From positions 56,811 to 120,810 of IMG/VR virus record IMGVR_UViG_3300021185_001174: a DNA stretch of 64,000 bases. The stretch is one strand, 5' to 3'. Positions 44,844 through 56,000 of this stretch are shown one piece after another (the first letter of the stretch is position 1; each line of letters starts with the position of its first letter). This stretch comes from a virus. The position numbers and the translations under genes were made by a program. Below the pieces are notes generated by a model that saw only the letters and a program-made list of their open reading frames with translations, was not told where the DNA came from and ran no database searches.

Positions 44844-46568
44844 TTATTGTCCAGCTACTTCGGAGAATTCAACTCCGGTTCTGGTTGCTACAAAATTCAA
44901 TGTAATGAAGTTAATTGACCTAGTAGGTTTAACGTATATGTCAGCCACAAATCTATTACCATCTACTACTGCAGAATTGTTATTTGTTTCATCACATACT
45001 ACTTTAAAGTCTGTTACGCCTCTTCTTCCTTTTACATCCCTCATAAATGGTTCTACCAAGTTTCTAAACTGAGCTCTAGTAAATTCATCGTTGAATTCAA
45101 ATAGTTGTGCCTTAGCAGCAGTACTAATTGCTTTCTCTAATACGATAAATAATCTTCTTACATTGATTCTATCGAATGCTGAAGCTCTAGAAGCCAAAGT
45201 TTTATCTCCAAATAGTACTGTTCCCTGTCCAGGTAGTGATACTATAGGATTTACTTTACCTACATAAAGTGAATCTCTTTGTGCCGCAGTTGGGTTATAT
45301 GCTAACTTAGTAATACCTCTTAATTGCCCACGATTTACACCAGCTGGTGAGAACCATGCATCTGCAACTTGGTCTGTATTAACTGCAAGACCTGCAACTA
45401 AACCAGAAGCACCAATCCATTCATATTGGTCATGGTATTTATTATAAACATATACTGCTCCACCATCTAGTGTTGCGTATGAAGAGCTAGTTAAACTATC
45501 CTTATATGCTAATACATTAGTTACAGCTGTTGCTGAAGCAATACCCTTGGTATCTGCTACTGGAGGTGAGATGAAAGCCATACAATCTTTTCTGGCTTCA
45601 CAAACACTGATTAGTTTTTCACCAATAACATCTGCACCATTTGCATCTGGAATAGCAAAAAGAAGTGATACATCAACTGTATCCACATCTTGGAATAATC
45701 CAAGACCTGCTGTTACTTGAGCAGCTGCCACAGTTCCATCAACACCACCTGATAGTGAATCTACTAATACTGTTGCAGAAGTTTGATATTTACCAGCTGC
45801 TATTGCAGGGTCTGATGAAATAGGTAAAAGTTTAACCTCAGCAATAGTTTTTCCTGAACGGGTATGTTCAGCCGCTGCAGCACCAAACCATATCCACTGG
45901 GATTCTCTATTAATTACTTCTTTATAGTAGAGTGAAGAACCGTTTACATCTTTTGCATCTAATGCTTGAGATAAGAAACCAAAAGTTTCTAATACAGTAC
46001 CTTGAACACCACTAATTAAACCATCTTTGTCAACTACTACTACGTGCAGTTCATCATTTACACCTGCACCATCTTGACTTACAGCATAGTCTGAAGTAGC
46101 CGGAGCCCCTTCAAATAATCCTTTATAGTCAGCAAAGGTTGAGTTAGTATATGCTGAAGAACTAGATACTACAAGTACTTTTAAGCCATTACCTAAAACA
46201 CCTGGGCATCTTGCGTGCCAGTCGCCGGTTAGTGTTGAACCAAGATAGTCATCTTCGTTTTCTATTAATGTCGCACTACTTTCTGTAGTACATGCGTTTT
46301 TTGCCGATGAATCGACAACTCTAATTACCTTTAATGCGTTTCCATACTTTAAGAATGATGCCGCTGTTAAAAAGTGATTAGCGTTTGCTGGAGTAGGTGT
46401 AGAAAAGATACTGCCCATTTCATCTTCCGAAGAAACTAGTGTTATCTTATTTACAGGACCCCAATTAAATTCTCCCACAAATCCACCAATAGATGATGAA
46501 ACTGCTGGGACAACATTTGTTGCGTCAATTTCTTTGAATTGAACGCCGGGTGAGACTTGAAATGCCAT
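44844..46568 (-). CDS. gp18: Tail sheath protein
   Basis: QVSPGV, WFSPAG, RINVRRLF, FEFNDEFTR and SINFITLNF. Confidence 0.98.
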   Translation of the reverse strand: MAFQVSPGVQFKEIDATNVVPAVSSSIGGFVGEFNWGPVNKITLVSSEDEMGSIFSTPTPANANHFLTAASFLKYGNALKVIRVVDSSAKNACTTESSATLIENEDDYLGSTLTGDWHARCPGVLGNGLKVLVVSSSSAYTNSTFADYKGLFEGAPATSDYAVSQDGAGVNDELHVVVVDKDGLISGVQGTVLETFGFLSQALDAKDVNGSSLYYKEVINRESQWIWFGAAAAEHTRSGKTIAEVKLLPISSDPAIAAGKYQTSATVLVDSLSGGVDGTVAAAQVTAGLGLFQDVDTVDVSLLFAIPDANGADVIGEKLISVCEARKDCMAFISPPVADTKGIASATAVTNVLAYKDSLTSSSYATLDGGAVYVYNKYHDQYEWIGASGLVAGLAVNTDQVADAWFSPAGVNRGQLRGITKLAYNPTAAQRDSLYVGKVNPIVSLPGQGTVLFGDKTLASRASAFDRINVRRLFIVLEKAISTAAKAQLFEFNDEFTRAQFRNLVEPFMRDVKGRRGVTDFKVVCDETNNNSAVVDGNRFVADIYVKPTRSINFITLNFVATRTGVEFSEVAGQ

Positions 46569-46631
46569 CGCTTTATCCTCTCAATTTGAGTTAGTTAATA
46601 AGTTGTTCATAATAAGAATTTTCACTACTAT

Positions 46632-46639
46632 TATTTATA
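46632..46639 (-). promoter_or_regulatory. Late promoter (gp18-19)
   Basis: TATAAATA within the palindrome TATTTATAAATA. Confidence 0.8.
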
Positions 46640-46651
46640 AATAACATTATC

Positions 46652-48094
46652 CTAGTGGTCATTCTTATCATTAGGTGCCGTAACTTCACTCAACATGAAT
46701 TGTCTATTAGGATTAACTGCCACCTTAAACTTAGTAAGTAATATTCTATTTACTAACATTTCGGATGCAGTATCTTTAAGAGTTAGTCCTAATTCTACTT
46801 TATATTTTTTATTATTAAAGATTAGATTGTGTTCAATAATTGGTCTTACATCAAAGAGTTTTCTAGCTCTCCTTGCTTCGGAAACACCTATTACTTCACT
46901 TCTAAACTTCTTCCCATTCTTAACCCATTCTACAAAATCACCATCAGCTTCAAGTTTATCAACATGAAACATAGTTGCCGATGCAGAGTTACCTGTATCA
47001 AATTTTGCCCTGATTGGGTCTTTTTCTAAACCTTCTAATATGACTGTTTCAATAAATCCAGCCTCTTGTCTCATAATAGGTCTTCTATTTAAATCACTTG
47101 AGAAGAAATCTATAATTAAACCTACCATATCTTTATCTGTTTTCTTACCCAATGATGAACCACTATTAGGGTCATATGCATTAAAGTGTGACCTAATGCC
47201 AGGTGAACCATTTACTTCTAATAAGTAGTAATCATCTTTTACCTTACAATGGTCAACTCCACAATACCAAGCCCCTGTCGACCTAGCCGCGGCTACTACT
47301 AATTCTTTTTCTTCATTAGATAATGTATATGGTCTTGTCTTTGCACCTAAGTGGACGTTATTTCTAAACTCGCCGTTATCTTCTTCTCTTATTCTCTCTG
47401 CGGCACCTATAATATTACCACCCACAACAAGAGTTCTAATATCTGATTTAATATCTAAGAATTGTTGTAAGAGTAAGTCTGCATCATATTTCCATAAAGA
47501 TTGAGCTACGGATACTAGTGATGCCATATCATTTACCTTAGATACTCCAACACCTTGTGTTCCCGTTAAAGTTTTTATGATTACTGGAAACTTACCACCA
47601 ACTCTTTTATGAGCATCTTCTATAGACTTTATATTATTTAAAATAGAAGTTTTGGGGGTGGGTAAATTATTTCTTTCTAATAGTAATGTATTGGCCATCT
47701 TATTATCACAAGCCAACATTGACTCTAAATCATTTACTAAAAAGAAACCAATACTTTGTAATGAAGATACAATTGCTTGAGCAGATAAACTTTCTAGTGC
47801 TCCAGCCCTAACAAAGATAATAGTATTATGTGTTTCTAGTTCTATGGAATTATCTTTACCGTCAGCATTCTGAATAGTTACACTACCAATCTCTACATCA
47901 TTTTGAGATATCCATGCTTCATCAACATAGATTTGGTCGAATGCTATTTTCTTGGCATTACATATCTCTTCGGCAATCTCTGCAAAAGTTCCTTCTCCAG
48001 ATTCCTTCTTACCTAAAACGGCAACGTGTAGATTATCCTGCTTTATTGGCTCTTCAAATTCTTCTACTACAAAATAATCGTTAAAATTTTTCAT
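46652..48094 (-). CDS. rimK: RimK-family ATP-grasp ligase fused to a C-terminal retropepsin-like (RimB-type) domain
   Basis: DNKM, PVIIKTLTGTQGVGV, DIRTLVVGG, FRNNVHLG and LEVNGSPG, then AKFDTGN...RPII...MLVNR. Start moved to MKNFNDY at 48094 (TAATG overlap with gp17). Confidence 0.9.
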   Translation of the reverse strand: MKNFNDYFVVEEFEEPIKQDNLHVAVLGKKESGEGTFAEIAEEICNAKKIAFDQIYVDEAWISQNDVEIGSVTIQNADGKDNSIELETHNTIIFVRAGALESLSAQAIVSSLQSIGFFLVNDLESMLACDNKMANTLLLERNNLPTPKTSILNNIKSIEDAHKRVGGKFPVIIKTLTGTQGVGVSKVNDMASLVSVAQSLWKYDADLLLQQFLDIKSDIRTLVVGGNIIGAAERIREEDNGEFRNNVHLGAKTRPYTLSNEEKELVVAAARSTGAWYCGVDHCKVKDDYYLLEVNGSPGIRSHFNAYDPNSGSSLGKKTDKDMVGLIIDFFSSDLNRRPIMRQEAGFIETVILEGLEKDPIRAKFDTGNSASATMFHVDKLEADGDFVEWVKNGKKFRSEVIGVSEARRARKLFDVRPIIEHNLIFNNKKYKVELGLTLKDTASEMLVNRILLTKFKVAVNPNRQFMLSEVTAPNDKNDH

Positions 48095-49704
48095 TAGTAT
48101 TGTTGCCCCTTCCATTTTTGTTCAAACCATACGTTACCATCACCATCACCGACACCTGCTGGAGTATCTTCTCCATCGTCAATGAATCCAAACGGAACCA
48201 TATCGTCCTGTATTTCTGCTAATCTTTCTTTATATAGCATGTTCTTTATATCTATATCAGTTATACCATTAAACACATCGGTTGATGTGAACCATGCGAA
48301 CATAACCAAATTCATCATTAAGTCATCATGGTTAGGAGCTATTGCTTGATAACTACTACCCTTAGAAACAAATGTACTCATTTCTATAATTGTCTGTGCG
48401 TCATATATAATCAACTTCTTCTGTTCTATTAAATCTTTTACTGTAGAACACCCAATACGTTTTACTCTTCTGGTCATTGTAGCACCAATTGCATTTGCCT
48501 TTAAAGAGGATTCAACAAACATATGTTCGTATTCTAAGTCATAATATAATCCATTACATACAACCGCACCTTGGTCATTACTTTCTATAACAACATAAGC
48601 TTCATTATATAAATTTGCATACTTATATATCATATCAGGCATTAACATTGGAGATATATTATTATCTCTGAATATTGCAACCTGTTCAAATACTGGAGTA
48701 GATACATCTATAATTGTAAAGGTAGAATAATCTTGTCCTCTCCCTTTACAAACATCTACTGTCATGATATAATTATGAGTAGGTATTGGGTCCTTATAGA
48801 TAAATATATTCTCTTTATATTTAATAGGGTCTATGGCTACTTGAGATAATAAATGATTCGCATCTATTAAAGTATTACCACGACCATGAAACGTATTACC
48901 GAACTCTTGCTCAAACTGTAGAGCAGAAGTATTTGAAATAGTTTCATCTTTCCACTTCTGGTCTCTCCCTGGTACGTCCCACCAATCTACTCTAAAGGGT
49001 TTATACTCATTTGTTCCTTGAGATGCCCCTTCCCATATCTTGTGATATATATTACCAATACCATTAGCTGTAGAGGTAATAATAACCTTCGTATCTTTAC
49101 CAGAAGATACCACTGGATAAGTTGATGTATAGAACTGTGCATCATTCTCTACAAAAGCAAACTCATCTAAGAACAATAAGTTAATAGAAAGACCACGAAT
49201 GGATGAACCACTAGTTGCCGCTGCCATTATCTTAGAGTTATTACTAAACTCAATGGAGCCTTTATTCAAAGCCTTACAGCCAGGTTGTAAGAAAAAGGGT
49301 AAGTTCTCTAACATTAGAGTCACCCTTGCTAACATTTCCCTTGCTGTTGCACCCTTATTTGCAAGTACTGCAATAGTTTTCTCTGGATGAAAACACGCAT
49401 ACCATAGTAAATAAGCAACAGATGAAATAGATTTACCACTCTGTCTACATGCCAATACTATATTAAACCTATTCTTATTAAAATGGTTAAACATCTTTTC
49501 TTGGTAATCATATAAATCAAATGGAACAAGTCCCTCATCAAGGGATATAACTTTTAAGTATTTACGAGCAAAGTAAGCAGGTTCTGCCATACACTTGGCA
49601 TACTCTAATACTTCATCTTTAGTAAACTGAGTTTCTACACCATCACGTTTTACTGAAGGGTTACCTAGATAACCAAATTCGTTATTCTTTATTCTCTGCA
49701 TCAA
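48094..49704 (-). CDS. gp17: Terminase large subunit
   Basis: ACRQSGKS, LFLDEFAF, ITSTANG, FEQEF and HDDLMM. Confidence 0.98.
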   Translation of the reverse strand: MMQRIKNNEFGYLGNPSVKRDGVETQFTKDEVLEYAKCMAEPAYFARKYLKVISLDEGLVPFDLYDYQEKMFNHFNKNRFNIVLACRQSGKSISSVAYLLWYACFHPEKTIAVLANKGATAREMLARVTLMLENLPFFLQPGCKALNKGSIEFSNNSKIMAAATSGSSIRGLSINLLFLDEFAFVENDAQFYTSTYPVVSSGKDTKVIITSTANGIGNIYHKIWEGASQGTNEYKPFRVDWWDVPGRDQKWKDETISNTSALQFEQEFGNTFHGRGNTLIDANHLLSQVAIDPIKYKENIFIYKDPIPTHNYIMTVDVCKGRGQDYSTFTIIDVSTPVFEQVAIFRDNNISPMLMPDMIYKYANLYNEAYVVIESNDQGAVVCNGLYYDLEYEHMFVESSLKANAIGATMTRRVKRIGCSTVKDLIEQKKLIIYDAQTIIEMSTFVSKGSSYQAIAPNHDDLMMNLVMFAWFTSTDVFNGITDIDIKNMLYKERLAEIQDDMVPFGFIDDGEDTPAGVGDGDGNVWFEQKWKGQQY

Positions 49705-50104
49705 TCACCCTGTCTCTATCAAGTAACATTTTTTGTAAATCTGTAGTACTACCTACGAATACATTATTGTTTGTTACTTTTCTAGCTTCATCATCTTTCT
49801 TTTCATCATTTAAATCTTTTTTGGCCTTCTGTAAAGACATTAATTTTTCGGTAGTATCACTTATATCTTTAATAGATTTGGATAGTACTTCAAATGCCCT
49901 GGGGTGTTCGGACTCTCTCGCAAGTTCTGCAAGGATATCTAAAGACCTAGTACCAGTCGCAATTAAGTCTCTATAAGTATCACGAGAAAACTCGTAATCA
50001 TCCTTAATATCTTTTTCTTCTTTCGGAATCGCTGGAACATTTACCTTTGTCTTAGTAGGTAAATTTTTCTCCAGAGATGCATTTAGCTTATCTCTTTTTT
50101 CCAT
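49682..50104 (-). CDS. gp16: Terminase small subunit
   Basis: DYEFSR, ESEHPRAFEV and NNNVFVGSTTDLQ. Confidence 0.95.
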   Translation of the reverse strand: MEKRDKLNASLEKNLPTKTKVNVPAIPKEEKDIKDDYEFSRDTYRDLIATGTRSLDILAELARESEHPRAFEVLSKSIKDISDTTEKLMSLQKAKKDLNDEKKDDEARKVTNNNVFVGSTTDLQKMLLDRDRVIDAENKE

Positions 50105-50106
50105 AT

Positions 50107-50874
50107 TTAATCTTGTGCTGGGGTCTCATCTATGGTAGTAGTTACAGTAAAGTTATCTTCTGTATCTGTATTACCTATAGTGAAGTCCATCTCCTCAAAT
50201 CTATCTGTGTCATTGTTTGAACCAAGTTTTTCAAAGTCTATATTTACTTCTCTAATAATATTTGCATTATCATTAGTAGGTCCGTAAAATTTCATCTTCA
50301 TAGTAAAATCTAATTGATATACAAGAACTCTACGAGTAAGGAAATCACCTTCGTATTCATCTTGGATATCTGCATTAGTAAGTACTACTGGAACATCTTG
50401 TTTAAAATCAAACCCATCAACAGGTTTTATTGTTACTGTATAATCTGGTTGGAAGTATGGAAGTATTTGTTCCATAATCTGTAGGCCATCATCTTGATTC
50501 TTTGCTAAAATATAGAGTGACATTCCTATATTATAATTTGTATAAAAAGCAATCTTCTTTTTCTTAGTTACATCACTACCATGTGATTCTACTATACTGC
50601 TTAACTTGTTTAATTTAGAAGCAGTATCTTGGGCCAAAGATGTAATTTCAAAAGCCATTCTAGGTAACTTTAATGCAACTGATGCATCGATATTAGTTGA
50701 CTGGTCAAGCCTTGATAGAAATTTTTGTTTAGGTCCGTAAGCCAATGGAACTTTCTGTTGACTTAGAATACCACCAGAACCATCTTTACGGACTACCGAT
50801 ATATTATTAAAGAGGGTACCAAAAACTGCAACTGATTTTCTTAGAGTTGCATGATAAAAATGATTACCAAACAT
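50107..50874 (-). CDS. gp15: Tail sheath stabiliser / terminator
   Basis: FGTLFNNI, VPLAYGPKQKF, LPRMAFE and EQILPYFQP. Confidence 0.95.
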   Translation of the reverse strand: MFGNHFYHATLRKSVAVFGTLFNNISVVRKDGSGGILSQQKVPLAYGPKQKFLSRLDQSTNIDASVALKLPRMAFEITSLAQDTASKLNKLSSIVESHGSDVTKKKKIAFYTNYNIGMSLYILAKNQDDGLQIMEQILPYFQPDYTVTIKPVDGFDFKQDVPVVLTNADIQDEYEGDFLTRRVLVYQLDFTMKMKFYGPTNDNANIIREVNIDFEKLGSNNDTDRFEEMDFTIGNTDTEDNFTVTTTIDETPAQD

Positions 50875-51815
50875 TAAAAAGTCTCCGATGGGTCGCCGAA
50901 TGGATTAGATTCGGTAAAGTCTATAAAATTATCACCAATTGTTTCGAATGCTACATTCTGAGATGCACCATCATTCGCAAATACATTAGTTGTATCATTG
51001 TCTCCAATATCATAAACCTTAGTAATAATGCAGGTACTACCACTAGTACTTCCAATTAGCGGTTTACTAGCGGACGCTACGAACTGTCTATACGATTCTG
51101 AGCCAGAGACACCTATACCTGATACTGATATACTTCCAGCAATGTCTGATGTTTTAGTAAGAGTCTGTACTTCACCAAAGATTTTTATCGCAGGAGTATC
51201 ACCATCTGCTGCAACTAATTCTTGTGTTACTATCTCTGATTGTGTAAAGTGATTACCATCTGTAACTGTTAAGTCTATTGCAATCTGATAAGCTTCTGCA
51301 CCAGTAGTATCATCTATTACACCAACTCCTGTTTCAAATTCTTCATCAGAATACTCAAAGAGAGCACATGTAAGTTTATAAACAGGTAGGTTAGATAACT
51401 GGTAAAATGGTTTATCATCTTCTACATGAGATATTTCAAAGAATGAATTAGTCATAGGTAAGAAGAGTAAGTCACCTTCTTGTGGCTTTAACTGAGCTTC
51501 ATTTAATCCTACTGAATGATTCCAAGACTTTCTTGAAATAACAAAGGATGCCTCGTCACGAATTTCTAGTCCAAACTTAGAGTATAAGTCTCCTGTACCT
51601 TCGAAGCCTTCTACATTCTCAATGTAGGCTTCTACTAAATAAGCATCATCAAACTTTGATGAAGGGTCTTCATTTAAAATATCATCGCGATTAACTAAGG
51701 TTCTAGGTATATAATATACATCTTGACCAAAGATTTTTAGTGATTCAATCACCAAATCTTCATACAAGTTTTGCTCTGAACGAACTGCTTGACTAAAATA
51801 TACGTTACGTGGCAT
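50874..51815 (-). CDS. gp14: Neck protein
   Basis: ESLKIFGQDVYYIPR, SKFGLEIRDE, EGDLLF and FTESNPFG. Confidence 0.95.
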   Translation of the reverse strand: MPRNVYFSQAVRSEQNLYEDLVIESLKIFGQDVYYIPRTLVNRDDILNEDPSSKFDDAYLVEAYIENVEGFEGTGDLYSKFGLEIRDEASFVISRKSWNHSVGLNEAQLKPQEGDLLFLPMTNSFFEISHVEDDKPFYQLSNLPVYKLTCALFEYSDEEFETGVGVIDDTTGAEAYQIAIDLTVTDGNHFTQSEIVTQELVAADGDTPAIKIFGEVQTLTKTSDIAGSISVSGIGVSGSESYRQFVASASKPLIGSTSGSTCIITKVYDIGDNDTTNVFANDGASQNVAFETIGDNFIDFTESNPFGDPSETF

Positions 51816-51818
51816 TTA

Positions 51819-52790
51819 TTATCCCATATAGAAATCGATTGGTTGTTCCCAATTCAATCGGACTTCTTCTTCTAGTTTTTCTATCTCTGTTAAAGCATCA
51901 TCAAATAATTGTCGACCATTAAACTGTACACCCCCAGGCATTTGCATACCTTCGAATTTAAGTAAGTTAGAACCCCATTGTCTTTTAATTATAGCAGTAA
52001 GATACTTTTTAAGGTAATGGTCATTATAGATATCTGTAAATGTTTCTGGGTCTATAATACGATATGCCTCTACAACTAGGTAATTATCTATGACTACTTC
52101 TTCACCCCATTTCATATCAATTCTAAGTTGATTTCTATGTCTGTCAAAACTAGTAAATTTATTATCTGAATCAATAACTAGGTCTAGTGTTGAAAGATAT
52201 TGTTGGGCCATTGAGTATTCCAATAAAGAACCCATATAGCCTAAACTAAACATATCATTTAAATGCATCTGATATTTAATATCAAATAAGTTATTACTTG
52301 TAAATGCATCGTTAATAGGGAATAACCTAATTACATCAGTTACTGCATCAGGGATAGGTATATATTCATTTTCCATATCTCCCTTTACAATAGTAGATAT
52401 AACAGCAGTATGACCACTATTAGTACCTGTTATAGTTTCACCTGCCTGAAAGGGTATCTCATCATCGTGGGTTAGTATTGTATATAATACATAATTAGCA
52501 GTAGTATCTTCGTGTACTAATGCTGTTGCACCCGAAACACTTCCTGTAATAATTTCACCTTGTTGAAAACTCGCACCTACTGCTGCAGTTAAGTTTAATT
52601 TACTGCCAGTAATTTTGTGTTTTAAGAATACTTTTTCAATTGCATCTGTATGATAGTGTTGATAAAACTGTAAAGCCTCATCTACTCTATCTTCTAGTTG
52701 GTCTTCATCTACGTTTATTTCAATTACAGGAGCGCCCAACGAGCGTAAACAATAATCTTTTAAAGTTTCTCTACTGTTAGGAACTGCCAT
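51819..52790 (-). CDS. gp13: Neck protein
   Basis: LRSLGAPVIEINVDEDQLEDR, KRQWGSNL and MPGGVQFNG. Confidence 0.95.
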   Translation of the reverse strand: MAVPNSRETLKDYCLRSLGAPVIEINVDEDQLEDRVDEALQFYQHYHTDAIEKVFLKHKITGSKLNLTAAVGASFQQGEIITGSVSGATALVHEDTTANYVLYTILTHDDEIPFQAGETITGTNSGHTAVISTIVKGDMENEYIPIPDAVTDVIRLFPINDAFTSNNLFDIKYQMHLNDMFSLGYMGSLLEYSMAQQYLSTLDLVIDSDNKFTSFDRHRNQLRIDMKWGEEVVIDNYLVVEAYRIIDPETFTDIYNDHYLKKYLTAIIKRQWGSNLLKFEGMQMPGGVQFNGRQLFDDALTEIEKLEEEVRLNWEQPIDFYMG

Positions 52791-52792
52791 TT

Positions 52793-53053
52793 TTAACTCC
52801 AGATAGCCGTAGCTATTGTTTGTATTAAAGTATTTTCACCACTTACATCAGTTGCATCACCATCATCTTCTACAAATTTAGATAAAGTGTATGTTCTTGC
52901 AGGTAAAGTACTAACATCTCCATTATCATCATATGTATCAAAATATGATACTATAATTACAGGATGCTTTGCATTAGTAGTATCTTCTGCACTACTATTT
53001 TTTGCAGGTGTTACCACTACTTCGCTTAATTCACTTGTTTTTGTAATTGCCAT
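52793..53053 (-). CDS. Small virion/fibre-associated protein
   Basis: 86 aa starting MAITKT; late promoter at 53102-53109 lies inside the upstream gene. Confidence 0.7.
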   Translation of the reverse strand: MAITKTSELSEVVVTPAKNSSAEDTTNAKHPVIIVSYFDTYDDNGDVSTLPARTYTLSKFVEDDGDATDVSGENTLIQTIATAIWS

Positions 53054-53054
53054 T

Positions 53055-56000
53055 CTATTTCTCCGATTTACTTTCGAGGGTTTTTATTCTTTCCTCTAAT
53101 CTATTTATAAGGGCTTGTTGCTCTTTCACAGCTTCTACTAATAAAGCTGTTATATTACCATAGTCTACCCCTAGTGACTCTGATTTTAAAACCCCGTCTT
53201 CTTCTATTCTATTATTATGTACTATCTCTGGTACTACTTCTTGAACTTCTTGAGCAATGAAACCAATACTTTCTTTATCATTTCTTTTCCATTGGAAACT
53301 TACACCATTTAGATTTTGTACTTTTTCTAATGCTCCTTCAAGGGGTTTTATATTTTTCTTTAATTTTCTATCTGAAGATGTTGTAGTTGAATATGCAATT
53401 ACGTTTCCATCTGCATGAAAATCTCCACTAGACATATTAAGATGGAATTCTCCAGTATTACTACCTGATGAACCTTGACCAAAGGTAAGATAATCATAAC
53501 CAGAAGAGGCCTCTACGGCTTTAATCATTCTATAACCGCCACAATATAGTTCCCAAGTGTCGGCTGCAGAAAATGATGTATATGTATCAGTATCACCTTT
53601 ATGAATAACTTTATTAGATACCGATAAATCACCACCAGTACTAATACCCCAACTATCTGCCGTTACATTATTACCTCTAAAGCGAATCGTGTCACCTGAA
53701 GTATTACCAAGGTATGTATTTGAAGCATAGATGTAACAGTTACCTACATCAGATTTAATATAGAAATCACCACCTGTATAGGCTGTACGAGTACCAGAGT
53801 CATTGTAAAAATAACCTGTACTTCTATCTACTGCAAAATATGTACGAGCGGCCCCTATATATCCGTCAGTAGTAATAGTAAATCTTTTAGTACCATTACC
53901 ACTTCCACTTGTAAATTGTAAATTACCTGCAGTATTTGTTTGCGCGTCTGCTGACTCATAAATTTGCCATAGGTTTCCGCCGTTCCATGCTAGTCCTTCA
54001 CTTGCACCTGGGTCATTAAATGTTATTTTATTTGCACCAGTAATGGTACCATTTGTCATTGCAATTGTTTGGCCATTCATTGTTAACTGGCCAGACATTG
54101 TTCCACCAGATTTTTGTAGAGCACCATTGGCAGTAGTAGTAGTACTAGTTAAGACAGCATTTCGTGCTGCGATATCTACTCCATCTACTGTTCCTGCAAC
54201 AGTAACATTACCATTTGATCCACTTACACTAAACTTAGCTCCACTAGAGCCAACTTGAAAGTTTCCATCGGTTCTTAATACTCCAGCACCACAATATATA
54301 CCACTAGTAAAATCAACGTCAGGATTTAATCTTAGCCATGAGTCATTAAATCTGACTATTTCTTTCCCATCACCTTCTATTTTACTACCATTGAACTTTC
54401 CATCACCTCTAACATGGATATTTCCCGCAGAATCCCAACGAAGTGAGTACTGATTACTGCTTATGTTTGTAGCAAGTTCTCCACCTTGATGTCCCTGAAG
54501 TCTTGGTCCATCAACAGTTGACCCAGAATAACCTGTACTCACTTTTACAAGATGATGATTAGTGTCACCAAGACTAAGCATTTGTCCTGATGATAATGCC
54601 AGTCTGCTTGTATGAGTTTTAACCCCTGACATTGACTGGTCGCCTGTAGTTCGAATTACAGTAGAATCAACCGCAATGTCATTGGCATTTGCTGTGATGC
54701 CTGAACCACCAATTACGTTGAGTGTTACTCCCCCTGAAGTACCTCCACCAGTTAAACCAGTACCTGCACCAACTGATGTAATATCACCAGCTGTCGGAGT
54801 ATTTGTAAAATTATTATAATCTAAATAGTATGAACCTTCTTGATTATCTAACTTATCAGCATCTAATCCTGAACCAGCACCATCCGAAGTAGAAGTCCAT
54901 ATCTCTCTCCAGCCCGGACTATAACTAGCACCCTGATTGTTATATACGAACATCTTGCCAGCAGAGCCGCCAGTATTTGGAGCAATAACTAATCCTGTAA
55001 TATTGCCTTGAACATTATCAGTTGAATTATCAGTCCACCATAACCATGATGTTCCAGCAAGTTCCGTAAGCCTACCCGCATCTGTTAAGTTACCATTACC
55101 AGCATATGACCAACTTGTTTTATGAGCAGTTAACTTAGAATCAAATGCGTCCTTGCCTAGTGCTTCTGTAAGTAGTGCAGATGTTGTTGTGCTTGTATAG
55201 TTTGATTCGCCAGTATGTCTAAAGTGGTCTAATGATGTCTTGGCATTTAAAGCACTTTGTAATCCGTCAACATTTGAGACTACATGATTATGTGAGTCAT
55301 CGGCAACTGCTGCTGTAAGTGTAAAGTTAGCCGAACCATCAAAAGAAACACTTCCACTTAAATCTCCACTTAATGTCAATGTTCTTGCTGTAGTCCACTT
55401 ATCAGCATTTGGGTGGTAGGCTTCTGTAAATAATCTATGACTAAATGCATATCCTATATTAGTCGAAGAATCAAGCTCCAGTGCGTACGGAGTCTCCCAA
55501 CCACCAGAATCATCTCTATCTGGAAGAATATAAAATCTATTACCGTTTACGTGAAGCCAAAAATCATCGCCATTAGTATCATTAAACTTCATCTGCGGCG
55601 ATGTACCAGAGATAGTTAACTGTCCAGTCATTGTTCCACCAGCTAGTGGTAGTTTATTAGTAATACTTGAGTCTGAAGCAGTTATAAATCCATAACTGTT
55701 ATTCCAGTTTGTATTACCATCTGTAATATAACCTGCACTTGCATGATTACCCCAACCGTATGCGGTATTCCAGTTAGTAGAGTTACCACCAGATGCAGTA
55801 ATGGTTGACGGAGTGTCTAATGCACCCGTCTCCATATTTATATTAAATTTAGTTGCGCCAGCCCATTTGTAAAGTATTTTGTCAGGATTGCCTTCATCAT
55901 AAAAAATACCATAGTTAGGATACTGGTCTCTGCTAATACCCCAGATAGTAGCATCAGGCGCACCAGTTGTGGCTCCATATACATTACCGCTGAAAGAAGT

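Noticed and set aside
46632-46643. Palindromic TATTTATAAATA as a bidirectional late promoter making antisense RNA to rimK
   Set aside because: It is easily produced by chance in A/T-rich intergenic DNA, and no plus-strand terminator or other support was seen.
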